Source of the DNA: Chiloscyllium plagiosum
Taxonomy: Eukaryota
DNA: 39,379 nt
Direction: 5' to 3'
Assembly (NCBI RefSeq): GCF_004010195.1
Contig: NW_025215025.1
Location: 1-39,379 of the forward strand
Shown: piece after piece, positions 1 through 13,007 of the stretch
Layout of the letters: every line of letters starts with the position of its first letter
Position numbering within the stretch: the stretch's first letter is position 1
Position numbers and translations under genes: made by a program
The notes under the pieces: generated by a model
What the model saw: the letters and a program-made list of their open reading frames with translations, nothing else
The model's database searches: none
Told to the model about the DNA's origin: nothing

Positions 1-784
1 TGAACATGCTGTCCTGAAAGGATTTAACTGGAAGTTATTTTTCAGTGACTGTGATTGAATTCAGCCTACATGGATTCTAAATAGACCACGGAGGCTATCT
101 ATCCCCTATAAGTAACGGGCTTCATTCAATGTGTTACCTCATTGTTGCAGCAGGAGTATTGTCTGGAGAGACAAGGGGAGGGAAGATCAGAGTCTGAGAG
201 CAATGGACTGGATTGTTTCAATAATGGACAACAGGAGCTTATTCTTGGGAATTTCCTATCTTTCTTGGCAAGCATTACCATAACGGAACTACGGTCTACT
301 GCTCTTAATTCAGGCAGGTTAATATCCCATCCTCACTGTTGTTGGTGTTCCTGGTATGTCTCTCGAGCTATAGACATTTATTAATTCCATATACCAGGTT
401 AAACTTCAATTCTATTCCATGATTTATGTTTGGAAAAGACAAAAACTCTTGTCTTAAGTTTCTTTTACGGACTCCATTCATTATTACCGAATTTCAGACG
501 CCCACACTCACAAACATCTGAGAACAAGACTTTTTACAACCTCAAAGTTCCACTTTGCTCTGAACTGATTTATGTCTCTGTGTTCTCTTCCCCAACAGTG
601 TTGTCCACTAGCAACTCTATAATATCCCAAGTCCTCGCCTCTGCTGAATAAACCATCAACTACGCCCTGATAAAATTCGCACTGAACGGTTCCAGCTCTA
701 TTCTGGCCAGTCTTCGGATTACAAGTATTTCTATCAAGAACTAGTTCTTCTCTCTGAAGTAACTTCACGACAAGAACACCATTG

Positions 785-1090
785 AGAGTAGTAACGTCAT
801 TGGGCCGACAATTCAGAGGCCCACGTTATTACACTGAAGTCACTGTTTCAACTTCAACCACAGATGACGGCAGAAATTAAATTCAAATGATAGAAAACCA
901 ATACTTGGCGAATAACAACCAGAAAAGAAGCAGGGTATTGTATAACAACTTACCTGTTCTCGTGAAGTCGTTTGCTTAAGACAACTAAGATTATTACCTG
1001 TTCAAGATTAAAGGTAAGTTCATACCCAGTAGAATGTGATTGGCTGTATACGTCCCAGGGGAATGTTCAGAGTAAAGGTCAATTACTGAT
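785..1090 (+). mobile_element. Highly degenerate SINE remnant (DeuSINE/SacSINE-like)
   Basis: Loose resemblance to a common shark tRNA-derived SINE body (gtaacgtcattggg...aattaaattcaaa...gtgattggctgtata). Recalled, not aligned. Confidence 0.3.
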
Positions 1091-1348
1091 GATCAACAAA
1101 TGGTCCGTGGGTAGAAGGCTCCGCGACTGGGAATAAGCACAATGGATTTGACCAGGAAAGGGAAATCTAGGCTGGACAGGAGGGCCACAACAGTGAACTG
1201 AAACAAGCACAGGATTGTCTGCAGTGTTAATTCGATTTCTAATTGAACAGTTCCAAAGGCAGGGGAAATGAAATTTGCATGCCACTTAAATTCCATAAGG
1301 GCTCGGATTGGTGAGAGTTCGGGACGGATGGGTTTTTGGCACATCCTC

Positions 1349-2292
1349 NNNNNNNNNNNNNNNNNNNNNNNNNNNNNNNNNNNNNNNNNNNNNNNNNNNN
1401 NNNNNNNNNNNNNNNNNNNNNNNNNNNNNNNNNNNNNNNNNNNNNNNNNNNNNNNNNNNNNNNNNNNNNNNNNNNNNNNNNNNNNNNNNNNNNNNNNNNN
1501 NNNNNNNNNNNNNNNNNNNNNNNNNNNNNNNNNNNNNNNNNNNNNNNNNNNNNNNNNNNNNNNNNNNNNNNNNNNNNNNNNNNNNNNNNNNNNNNNNNNN
1601 NNNNNNNNNNNNNNNNNNNNNNNNNNNNNNNNNNNNNNNNNNNNNNNNNNNNNNNNNNNNNNNNNNNNNNNNNNNNNNNNNNNNNNNNNNNNNNNNNNNN
1701 NNNNNNNNNNNNNNNNNNNNNNNNNNNNNNNNNNNNNNNNNNNNNNNNNNNNNNNNNNNNNNNNNNNNNNNNNNNNNNNNNNNNNNNNNNNNNNNNNNNN
1801 NNNNNNNNNNNNNNNNNNNNNNNNNNNNNNNNNNNNNNNNNNNNNNNNNNNNNNNNNNNNNNNNNNNNNNNNNNNNNNNNNNNNNNNNNNNNNNNNNNNN
1901 NNNNNNNNNNNNNNNNNNNNNNNNNNNNNNNNNNNNNNNNNNNNNNNNNNNNNNNNNNNNNNNNNNNNNNNNNNNNNNNNNNNNNNNNNNNNNNNNNNNN
2001 NNNNNNNNNNNNNNNNNNNNNNNNNNNNNNNNNNNNNNNNNNNNNNNNNNNNNNNNNNNNNNNNNNNNNNNNNNNNNNNNNNNNNNNNNNNNNNNNNNNN
2101 NNNNNNNNNNNNNNNNNNNNNNNNNNNNNNNNNNNNNNNNNNNNNNNNNNNNNNNNNNNNNNNNNNNNNNNNNNNNNNNNNNNNNNNNNNNNNNNNNNNN
2201 NNNNNNNNNNNNNNNNNNNNNNNNNNNNNNNNNNNNNNNNNNNNNNNNNNNNNNNNNNNNNNNNNNNNNNNNNNNNNNNNNNNNNNNNNNNN
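1349..2292. other. Assembly gap (N run)
   Basis: Continuous n characters; the X-filled ORFs spanning it are artefacts. Confidence 1.
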
Positions 2293-4049
2293 AGATTGGC
2301 CTGTTTCCATGCGTTATATCTCTCAGACTCCATGATTATAAATAGTCAACGAAAATAGTGCAACAAAGAAGGAATACAAACATGTCCACCCACATTTTGT
2401 CTTGGGTATCGAGAAATCATCCCATTGGAGGCCATAAACTGTGGCTCTTCAGCAGGGTCTTCCCTGATATTTATGAATCGTACTCAGGTCTGTAATTCCC
2501 ATCCATAAAATGTCTCTAACCAGGTTTTGCTGCGAAACCAATCGGTTCAGAAGTTTGGGGTGTTCGGCTGCCTGTTTGTCTGCAAAATCTATCTCATTCC
2601 TTTAGAGGCGGTATCAGTTGCATTCACGAGATTTGAACATTTTGACAACTGCCAGACTGGTTCAACAAACAACAACATCATTTGGTTATCTGATGCAGGC
2701 TAAATCCGCTATGCTCCCAGAAGGTTCCAAAATCGTGGGCCACACAAAATAACATCGAGAGTCCGTGTGTATTAGGAGATTTTCTGGCTGCTGGAGTGCA
2801 AGCCTGTCGAGCCTTGTGTTGATCCCAAGATTACAATAAGGACACAATACTTCCCATTGGCCATATTTCCACAGTTAAATTCAACAGCCTGTCCCCTTTT
2901 CTAAGGTGCCCTCTCGAAAGGGTTTCTGAACAGTGGTCCCTAGGCAGGCGTCTGAGGTAGGTGCCGCCCCCAGTGGATCTGCTGGTCACAATCAACCTCA
3001 TTGGGGCTGACCCACAGCGTAAATGTATCTGAGGTTGCTTGACTTATTCTGTTTAACCTGTAACTTGGATCGTAATTTAGTCTCATTCTGGCCATCCCAG
3101 CAAACGACTACCAATCACCTCATCTGCGAATATAAATTGCTGATCCAGTTAATATTGTTTGACGAGATCACGTAGGCGATACCAGAAGGAATGCATGGAA
3201 AAACAATCGTGTTAAACAAAGATGAATCATCTTCATGATCATTTTCATTTGCGAGCCTTATTCCTCTTTCGTCAAACAATTCGCCACTTATTTCAGTCAC
3301 AATCCAATCTTATTTGTGTCACTCCCAGATGTTCGTGGCCTTTACACATGCATCATTCTTTGGACGTATTAAACAAATTGGGCCGGTTTCTCCTTGCGGT
3401 CTGGTGCTATCCTCATAAACATTAATCTGATTCTTGAGACGGTATCTTGTTCACATGGCTCAGGACTCTCACTGCCATGATGTCGACAATGAAGTTGGAC
3501 AACGATACTGGACCCATCACCTTCAGTTTAAGGGAAGGTTCATAACCAGGGGTGTGTGCTGAGGATTATCTGGTGAAAATTTCCATTGCTTCCTTCAAAT
3601 ATGAATGGGCGTTCCATCGATATACATGCTTCCATCCCACTCTCGCATACATAATTCCTCCAACTGGCCAGTCAGATATCTTTCCATTCACTATCGCCTT
3701 TGTTTTTCCATTCTTTACTTAATGATTAGTGCAATCATGCTTCAGATTAACCACAAGGCAACGATACAGATCATGTACAAAAGCATAAAGCAAATTAATC
3801 CTGGCAATTAATTTTGACTTTGTGATTCAGGGCTCATACAATTGGTTTTAAAAAAAAATCTTTAAACTTATTGTTGATCTGATACTTCATTTCTCAGTGA
3901 GGGAGGAACATTGATTTGGAAATGGCAGTACATAATCACCAATGAAATGCATTAGTCTGAAACTGAAGTGGAACCAATCCGATCTGAAAAAAGCGAAAAC
4001 AAATTACTCCTGTTGCTATTACTTTCTGGAAACATCATTGCTGGTTGGG

Positions 4050-6790
4050 GATATAGAGTCATAGAGTCATAGAGATGCACAGTATGGAAACAGACCCTTC
4101 CGTCCAACCCGTCCATGCCGACCAGATATCCCAACCCAATCTAGTCCCACCTGTCAGCAACTGGCCCATATCCTTCCAAACGCCTCATATTCATATATCC
4201 ATCATAATGTCTCTTAAATGTTGCAATTGTACCAGCCTCCACTACTTCCTCCGGCAGATCATTCCATAAACTCACCTTCCTCTGCCTGAAAAAGTTGCCC
4301 CTTAGGTCGCTTTCATATCTTTCCTCCCTTACCTTGAACCTATGCCCTCGAGTTCTGGACTCCCCGACCCCAGGTAAAAGACTTTGCCTATTAACCCTAT
4401 CTATGCCCCTGATAATTTTGTAAACCTCTGAAAGGTCACCACTCAGCCTCCGACGCTACAGGGAAAATAGCCCCAGCCTAATCACCCCCTCCCTCTATCT
4501 CAAATAGTCCAACCCCGGCAACATCCTTGTGAATCTTTCCTGAAGCCTCTCAAGATTCACAGCATCTTTCCGATAGGAAGGAGACTAAAATTGCACGCAA
4601 TATTACAACAGTAGTCTAACCAATGTCCTGTATAGCCGCAACATGTTTTCCCGACTCCTTCACTCAATACTCTGACCAACAAAGGAAAGCATAACAAACG
4701 CCTTCTGCCCATCCTATGAACCTGCGACTCCACTTTCAAGGAGCAGTGAACCTGCACTTCAAGGTCTCTTTATTCAGCAACACTCCCTCGGACCTTTCCG
4801 TTAAGTGTATAAGTCCTGCTAAGATTTTCTTTCCCAAAATGCAACATCGTGCATTTATCTGAATCAAACACCAGCTGCAATTTCCCAGCCCATTGGCGCA
4901 TGTGGTCAAGATCCTGTTGTAATCTAAGTTAACCCCTTTCGCAGTCCACTAAACCTCCAAATTTGCTGTCATCTGCGAACTTACTAACGGTACCTCTGAT
5001 TTAAGTAAACGACAAAAAGTAAAGGACACAGCAGCGATCCTTGTGGCATTCCACTGGTTACAGGCCTCCAGTCTGAAAAACAACCCGTCATCATCACACT
5101 CTTTCTTCTACCTTTGAGCCAGTTCTGTATCCAAATGGCTAGTTCTCACGTATACCGTGAGATCTAAACTTGCTAATCTTTCGCCAATGGGGAACCTTGT
5201 CGAACACCTTACTGAAGTCCGTATTAATCACATCTACCACTCTGCCCTCATCAAGCCTCTTTGTTTCTTCCTCAAAAAACTCAATCAAGTTTGGAGACAT
5301 GATTTCCCACGCATAAAACCATGTTGATTAACCCTAATCTGAGAATAAAGGCCCTATTATCTCCCTAGTTACCCTTTTTTCTTTAATGTATTTGTACAAG
5401 TTCTTTGGATCATCCTTAATTCTACTTGCCAATTCTATTTCATGCCCCATTGTTGCTCTCCTGATTTCCCTCGAAAGGATACTCCTACATTCTTTATTCT
5501 CCTCTCAGGAGTCACTCGATATATCCAATCTATACCTTACATGTGCTGCCTTCTTTTTCTTAACCAAACCTTCAATTTCTTTAATCATCGAACAGTCTCG
5601 ATACCTCCCAGCCCTTAGTTTCACCTTAACAGGAATATATTTTCTCTGGATTCTTGTTATCTAAATTCTGAAGGTTTCCCATTTTCCATCTGTCCTTTTA
5701 CCTGTGAACATCTGCCGCCAGTGTTTCTGTAATTGCTTTGCTATTCCAGTCCTATGTTCCTCGCCATGCCCTGAGTTCATTTGCATTCCCTGTTAGGCCC
5801 CTTGCATTGAAATAAATGCAGTTTAATGGTATTTGTCCTACCTTGTCCCTGCCTGTCCTGACTGTTTGACGCCCTTCTGTTCTCAACTGTACCACTCTCA
5901 GATTGATCTCTTTCCTCACTATCTCCCAGGTTCCCACCCCTCCCCACCCCACTTTATGAGCTTAAATCCTCCCGACCAGTTCTAGCAAATCTCCCTGCCA
6001 ATATGTGAGTCACCTTCCAATTTAGGTACATTCCGTCCTTCTGTACAGGTCACTTCTACCCTGTACAGAAGATATTCCAATGATCCAAAAACGTGATTCC
6101 TTCCCCCATACACCAGCTCCTCAACCAAGCATTTATCTGCTCTATTCTACTATTCCTCCCCTCACTAGCTCGTAGCACTGGGAATAATACAGATATTACT
6201 TCGCTCGAGGACCTCCTTCTTAAATACCTGTCTAACTCTCTGTAATCTCCCTTCAGAATCTCAAAATTTTCCCTTCCTATGTCGTTGGTTCTAATGTGTA
6301 CAATGACCTCTTGTTGGCCCCTATCCTCCATAGGAACATTCTGTACCCTCTCTGACATCCTTAATCCTGGCACCAGGAAAGCAACACACCATTCTGATTT
6401 GTCGCTGCTGCCCACAAAAACCTCGAACTAGAGAATTTCCGTAACACAATTGATCTCTTGGTACCTGACGTACCCCACGTTGCATTAGAGCCAGTCTCTA
6501 TACCAGAAACTTGGCTGTTCGTGCTACGTCCCCCTAAGAATCCATTACCGCCTACGTTTTCCAAAACATCATTCCTGTTTAAAATGACTATATCAATAAA
6601 AGACTCCTGCACTGGCTGCCTAACTCTCTTACTTTCTTGGAGTTAACCCATCCGTGTAACTGCCGCTGAGACCTTCCACCTTCCTACAACTGCCATCCAT
6701 CACATACTGTTGCTGTTGAATATTACCCATTGCTTCTAACTGTCTCTCTAACAGATCCATTCGATTTGATAAGATTCACAGCCAGCAACA
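4050..6790 (-). mobile_element. CR1 (HER1-like) LINE, internally deleted and decayed
   Basis: The 3' tail reads atagagtcatagagtcatagag on +. ORF 6056-6415 resembles the CR1 ORF1 esterase/SGNH domain (VIVHIRTNDIG...INAWLRSWC...FLDHW). ORF 5752-5952 has the endonuclease start CIYFNARGL. RT remnants lie at 4400-5340. Confidence 0.9.
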
Positions 6791-7462
6791 TTTATGTTTT
6801 GGATCGAACTTGATATATTCTGTTCTACAATTTTTACCCAAATTCTACAAGGTTCTTGTAATGTCTCAACCTAATGTGCAAATGTTACAATCTGGAGTGA
6901 ATTTCCTCAACGTTATGTTTAGCTTATTTTTAAGAAAGGAGTGGAGACCTGTTGAGGCCAGGATTTACATTGTTACTGCTTTTACTTCTGTTTGTTAATG
7001 CACTGATTGGTCCATCAGCTGGAGCTGAGAGGGTTGAGGTTGATCTTTGGCAGGAACATGAAATGATGGGGAATCTGAGAGTAGGTTTATAATGATATCA
7101 AATGGTGCAAATCTTAGGAGAAGACTTTTTTTTAAATGTCTTTTTGTCTCCCTCCATATTAAACTGATTTGAATTTAAATAAGATTGTCTTTAATGTCAG
7201 CATTAAACGTGATTAGTTAGAAATTGACAGTCGTGTAGTCATGTGCTGTACAAAAACGGGAGGATTAATATTTCACTTGTATTCACTGACGGTTCCTTAA
7301 CCATCGAATAAATAAACTAAATTCTCAAAACGCAAATCAAATTCAAAGGATCCTTGATCTCGAGCTCCAAGGAACAAAACGTTTTAAATCACCAACAAGC
7401 AAATGTGCGTTCAAACCAGATCACAAAGATTTAAGCTTTCTGCAAGCTTCAGTGAATCAACA

Positions 7463-8058
7463 NNNNNNNNNNNNNNNNNNNNNNNNNNNNNNNNNNNNNN
7501 NNNNNNNNNNNNNNNNNNNNNNNNNNNNNNNNNNNNNNNNNNNNNNNNNNNNNNNNNNNNNNNNNNNNNNNNNNNNNNNNNNNNNNNNNNNNNNNNNNNN
7601 NNNNNNNNNNNNNNNNNNNNNNNNNNNNNNNNNNNNNNNNNNNNNNNNNNNNNNNNNNNNNNNNNNNNNNNNNNNNNNNNNNNNNNNNNNNNNNNNNNNN
7701 NNNNNNNNNNNNNNNNNNNNNNNNNNNNNNNNNNNNNNNNNNNNNNNNNNNNNNNNNNNNNNNNNNNNNNNNNNNNNNNNNNNNNNNNNNNNNNNNNNNN
7801 NNNNNNNNNNNNNNNNNNNNNNNNNNNNNNNNNNNNNNNNNNNNNNNNNNNNNNNNNNNNNNNNNNNNNNNNNNNNNNNNNNNNNNNNNNNNNNNNNNNN
7901 NNNNNNNNNNNNNNNNNNNNNNNNNNNNNNNNNNNNNNNNNNNNNNNNNNNNNNNNNNNNNNNNNNNNNNNNNNNNNNNNNNNNNNNNNNNNNNNNNNNN
8001 NNNNNNNNNNNNNNNNNNNNNNNNNNNNNNNNNNNNNNNNNNNNNNNNNNNNNNNNNN
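7463..8058. other. Assembly gap (N run)
   Basis: Continuous n characters. Confidence 1.
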
Positions 8059-8489
8059 AATACCAGCCGGTGAGCGGCCAGTATGAAGGATCCCCTACCT
8101 TACTCTTGATTCAAACTGATTTCCTACGGCGCTTCTGTGTTTTCCTCGAGACGACAAACAGACGCTGGTCCCTCTGCTCAGCGGGACAAGATTTAAATGT
8201 ACCAGAGTTCACTCTTTCTGCCGGGTGTTTGCAACTGACTGATCCCATCAGAATCTGAATGGTCAATGGCTTGAGTCCATATCATGTCAAAGGAAATGAA
8301 CAAAAACCACACAAATTCAAAAACGCGTGGGTGCATCTGTCAATAACTCAAGGTAATGTGAAATTAGAAATTATTCTTTCTTCCCAATACTTTCTTGCCA
8401 CAGCATCTTTCGGTAGATCAGCCTGTTAGCTCAGGTGGGTCACTAATGCTCCCCATAGCTCCATGATTGCAATCTTTGTGGAAACCGAC

Positions 8490-8690
8490 TTTGCGTGGGT
8501 TTCCTCCGGGTGCTCCGGTTTCCTCCCACAGTCCAAAGATGTGCAGGTCAGGTGAATTGGTCATGCTAAATTGCCCATAGTGTTAGGTAAGGGGTAGATG
8601 TAGGGGTATGGGTGGGTTGCGCTTCGGCGGGGCGGTGTGGACTTGTTGGGCCGAAAGGCCTGTTTCCACACTGTAAGTAATCTAATCTAA
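8490..8690 (+). mobile_element. HE1-type V-SINE, 5'-truncated
   Basis: V-SINE core gcgtgggtttcctccgggtgctccggtttcctcccacagtccaaagatgtgcagg, CR1-derived 3' end and taatctaatcta tail. Confidence 0.88.
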
Positions 8691-9542
8691 TAGCGTTTCT
8701 GCTGTAAAAAAGGAATCAGGATGTTAACTCTGGCCCAGATCACGCAGCCAGCCGACATCTTAACACTGTCGTTCCCCTCCTTTTTTTTAAACAAACAGAA
8801 AAAAATGACAATGACAGCGCCGACCAAACACAAAGCAGACTCAGGGGCATTCCTCAAAAGCGGACACAAGGGGAAGCTTAATCAAACAAATTCGGCGAGG
8901 CCCTCGAAAAACAGCAACGGTTCAAGAAAACCTTGTTGTGGAAAAGGAAATCTTACTTCGAATCAGGAGAGAAGACATGGAACGATTAACGAGTGTTTAA
9001 ACATGGCCATGCGGCATTGCATCTTTGTTCAGAAAAGGCCACTGTATTCCAATGAAATACAGAGTGTTACAAGTTATATAGTACATCACAAAACCCACTG
9101 CTCATTAACTACGCATCTTCGGGGCAGTCGTACGGTCCACATACATTGTCTACTCCTACAGTTTCTTAATGTCTGCAAAACTGCAGTTTTAGCTGGGCAG
9201 AAACATAAACCTACAAGGATCATTATTGAAACATACATCATTATGAAGCATAACTTTTGTCGCAGGGGCCAGAGGGGAAGGGCCATTTTCCACTGCAAGG
9301 TTATGTTAACAAAACATAGTCCTCAGTTTGGACTCGATAAACAGTTTGTCAGCAGTCGCCGTTTTACTGCAAATATCATTTTGTCAAATATGTTTTCTGC
9401 ACACTTTTGTGTCAATTCCGGTCAAACCTCTTCTGCACCAACCTTGCAGTGATGACATGGCTAGCCTTTCGAATTCTAATTGTGTTTCTCCGTCCGGTCT
9501 CTTTTGCTGCACCAGACTTATTTTCCTAAATCATAAACTCTG

Positions 9543-9826
9543 GGTTTGCCAGCCTATCCAGGCGCTTAATCTAACGGACCAGACCATAAAAAAATAAACA
9601 ATTCAGAGGTGGTGGGCTCCGACCTCACTCAGCAGACCAGGCTGAAAGGTAAGTGTGGAGAACAGGCTGAAGGTAGAGACGGAAGGTTTGCCAGCCTATC
9701 CAGGCGCTTAATCTAACGGACCAGACCATAAAAAAATAAACAATTCAGAGGTGGTGGGCTCCGACCTCACTCAGCAGACCAGGCTGAAAGGTAAGTGTGG
9801 AGAACAGGCTGAAGGTAGAGACGGAA
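9543..9826. repeat. Perfect 142-bp tandem duplication (2 copies)
   Basis: ggtttgccagcctatcc...gtagagacggaa occurs at 9543-9684 and again at 9685-9826. Confidence 0.95.
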
Positions 9827-9885
9827 GGGGGCCAGGATTCTTATTATAATAAATTGTCCTGTATTTCGCTCGCAACCGCTTTCCT

Positions 9886-10000
9886 CACCTTATGATGGAC
9901 TCTTGCCTGAAACGTCGATTTTCCTGCTCCTCGGATGCTACCTGACCTACTGTGCTTTACAAGCACCACACTAATATCGACTCTGCATTCCTCACCTGAA
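9886..10000 (+). mobile_element. Penelope-like element terminal (pLTR) fragment
   Basis: gcctgaaacgtcgattttcctgctcctcggatgctacctgacc, the same motif as the other PLE termini in the window. Confidence 0.7.
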
Positions 10001-10382
10001 CCATGAGCCTCGCCCTCAGTGGAGACAGATGGCAAGGGAAAATGGCAAATGGGCGCCTACTAAAACATCTGTCAATCTACGTTTCACTCGCATTTCGAAT
10101 ATTTTGCGTTATCCCGACCTGAGCTGGAATGTTGGTCTGCAGAGAAGGCACGTGCCTTGCACGACTGACAATTGGAAAGACTGCTGGCTAGAATTTCTTG
10201 ACTATGATGGCCTGAGATTGTGGTAAATTGACGAGGGCGCCCTGCTTCTTTTCATTATTTGTTGAGTGTTCTGTACTGTCCATCAGTCCTACCGGTGTGT
10301 CTTTGGTCCTAATTGTTTGTCGTGTTTGTATCTGGCTTTGTCGGTGCTGCAGCCTGCCTTGCATGCGGTCACTGAAGGGGAT

Positions 10383-10520
10383 ATGAGTGCACAGAACCCC
10401 AGACTCTCCGAGGGCAGACAGCCCACAGGCACAGCTCTGCCTTTCTCCCTCAGTGAGAATGGACCACAGCCACTGATTCTTTCACGGAGGTCACAAAGCT
10501 GCCAAGGTAAAACATATGTT
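10383..10520 (+). pseudogene. Possible ERV gag N-terminus (matrix) remnant, preceded by a leader-like GT-rich region
   Basis: MSAQNPRLS...GTALPFSLSENGP loosely resembles fish class I ERV MA starts, and it lies upstream of the NC remnant. Weak. Confidence 0.3.
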
Positions 10521-10552
10521 TCAATTCAAATAGGAGATCCTCTTGTTACAAT

Positions 10553-11808
10553 AGTGTGTTGCTGCAAAAGCACAGCAGGTCAGGAAGCATATGAGGGACG
10601 AGTAGGAAGATCGACATTTCGTGCCACAGCCCTCGAAATCCAGCCCCAATGCAAGTCCAAGCTCTGGTCCCAACTCTAATCCAGTACCAGTCCTGATCCT
10701 AGCACCCATCCCTGCCATGCCTTCACTTTTCCCCCGGACTTCACCCTCACTGGGGATAAATGTTCAGTCCTCAGTAAAGGCTGCACCTTTACCCCTCTGA
10801 GGTCCAGATTCATGAGTTCAAAACACGCTGCGACCTTGAAGTTATTCCGCCTCCGTGCCCACTTTTACAACCTAGACACGTTCTCCCACCTCAAGACACC
10901 TCATCCTCCACCTGGACACCACGTGCTGACCTGTACCTGCCTTTGGTCTCTTAATTTCAAACTGCCACCGTGACATCAACTGCCTCAACCTGTCCGACCG
11001 CCTCAGTAAATCTAAGCTCTCACCCTCACAATGCGCAGCCCTCCACTCCCTCTGCTGTAACCCGAACCTCACCATCAAACCAGTGGACACAGGGGGTGCA
11101 GTGGTAGTTTGGTACACTGACCTCTACACCGCTGAAGCCAGGCGCCAAATCGAAGACACATTCTCCTACCGTCCCCCTGACGAAGCCCTCAACCCCCATC
11201 ACCAAACCATCATTTCCTAGACCATACACAAGCTCATCACCTCCAGGGATCTCCCACACAAAGCTTCTAACCTCATAGCTCGGGATCCACGCACCGGCTG
11301 ATTCAACCTCCTACCCTTGATTCACAAGTCTGAGTACCCCGGCTGACTTGTAATCTGAGCCTTTTCCTGCCCCACCGAGCTAACCTCCACCTATCTCGAT
11401 GCTGTCCTATCCCATTGGTCCAGGAACTCCCTACATACATTCAGGGCACCACCCACCCCCTTGACCTCCTTCAAAACTTCGGTTTTCTCGGCCCCAACTC
11501 CTCATTTTCAACATGGACAACCAGTTTCGCTACACCTCCATCTGCCATGATCAGGGCCTTCAAGCCCTCCGTCTCTTCCTCTCCCGATTTCCACACCAAT
11601 ATCCTTCCATTGACACTCTTATTCGTTTCGCTGAACTGGTCCTCACTCTCAACAGTCTCTCCTTGCAATTCTCCCATATCGTCCAGATGAAAGGCTCCAG
11701 CCCGAAACTTCGATTTACCTGCTCCCCGGATGCTCCTGACCTGAAGTGCTTTTCCAGCAACACACTCTCAACTCTGATCGCCAGCATCTGCAGATCTCAC
11801 TGTCTCCC
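10553..11808 (+). mobile_element. Penelope-like retroelement fragment (inverted pLTR + RT fragment + pLTR)
   Basis: The + frames give LTIKPVDTGGAVVVWYTDLYTAEARRQ (PLE RT TIKPADKGGAVVV motif) and MDNQFRYTSICHDQGLQALRLFL (MDVQSLYT motif). Terminal motif is inverted at 10553-10630 and direct at 11686-11808. Confidence 0.85.
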
Positions 11809-11850
11809 TGTAAATCAGTGAGGCCACTGGGCAGAGGACTATTGGGCAGC
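11809..11850 (+). pseudogene. gag: ERV gag nucleocapsid zinc-knuckle remnant
   Basis: Frame reads Q*GHWAEDYW, a degenerate CCHC GHWARDC motif. Confidence 0.55.
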
Positions 11851-12094
11851 CTCAAGCCAGCAACACGCGAATGGGGCCACTCTCTCCCAGCCCTCCCACA
11901 CACAGCAAAATCGGATTCCTCTATCGTGGCAGCCTCAAACGGCTGCCTACACGGTGGCTGAGTCATTTCCCCAGACTCCGAAATCCTCGGGCTGCCTCGC
12001 AAAGGACCCGATCAGGCTGCCTCCATACGCCTCTCCCAGTGTCTGTCAGAAAAAGACAGGATGCACGCGGAGTTGTGAGGAGAGGATTCTCATT

Positions 12095-12360
12095 TCAGTC
12101 TTGCTGAACTCTGGGGCCATCCACTGATCTGCACCTTCCTCTGTCGAACTTTCCTCTCGTTCGCAAACTGGTCCCACCATGGCTATCTCTGTAGTACACA
12201 TTTTACAGTCGTTATCTGATTTGTCAACTTTTGCATAGATTTTGTCACATCGACAATATGTGTATCATGCCCAGTAGCCTTCCTGGGCCTGCAAACTGTG
12301 TGAACGAAAAGCTAGCATTCATTGCTCTCCACAAGGTGTCACGCTCGGAATCCCCGACAC
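12095..12360 (+). pseudogene. pro: ERV aspartic protease remnant
   Basis: VLLNSGAIH (degenerate LLDSGA), then CPVAFLG and KASIHCSPQGVTLGIPD across frameshifts, matching the CP..LLGRD...IHC.PDG pattern. Confidence 0.65.
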
Positions 12361-13007
12361 ACATCTTTCCATGCTTCAGTCTGCCACTTCCAAATGCCCA
12401 GTGTCCTGTACGCCTTCAGAATACATCTGTGCCTGATCATATTCGCACTCACCTGAACTTGACCTCCTTGACCCCCTCCTTTCCCTCTTGCCAACAGCCT
12501 TTCTCTCCCCCACTACATCCTGCATCTGCTGAGTGGTATTGACAGAGCTGCCTTTGCCAATTGGATTGCACTGCCTCAGGCCCGCAAGAGCAGTCATCAC
12601 ATTGCAGTGTGCTTGTGTACTTTCATCTCGCTCTGACAATCCCGCTGGCCCTGATCGGACTGTATTTTTTGGGCCGACAGGAGGTTGCAGCAGAAGTCCA
12701 GCTCAATGCAGAGTAGACTGCACTGCTCTGCTACGATCTGGCTTAGATTCAACCTGTTCCTCCCATGGTCTAGAGCCACTCGCTGCCCAAGAACTAGTAA
12801 TCATTTACAGCGCGGCTACAACAGCGACCACTGCAATTTGCCCCCATTGACCCTGCCAGTACTCCCTCAGTTCAGATTGCCTAACTAGCGCAGAATGATT
12901 TCTGCGAGGGCTGCCTTCTATCATTGCTGGCCACATTCAACAAACAGAGCCCAGCTACTGGCCCCTTTTAAGAAGCACCCCTACTGCTAAGCAACTCTCC
13001 AGCCTCG

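Noticed and set aside
1093..2358. Long ORFs of 340-405 aa in the ORF track
   Set aside because: They consist almost entirely of X from the N gap. The same applies to 7403-8258.
2293..3800. Possible decayed Ty3/gypsy gag-pol on the minus strand
   Set aside because: Only vague resemblance; I could read no diagnostic motif in any frame.
8690..9540. 5' LTR of the ERV
   Set aside because: No visible similarity to the 3' LTR at 16800-17465 and no clear PBS.
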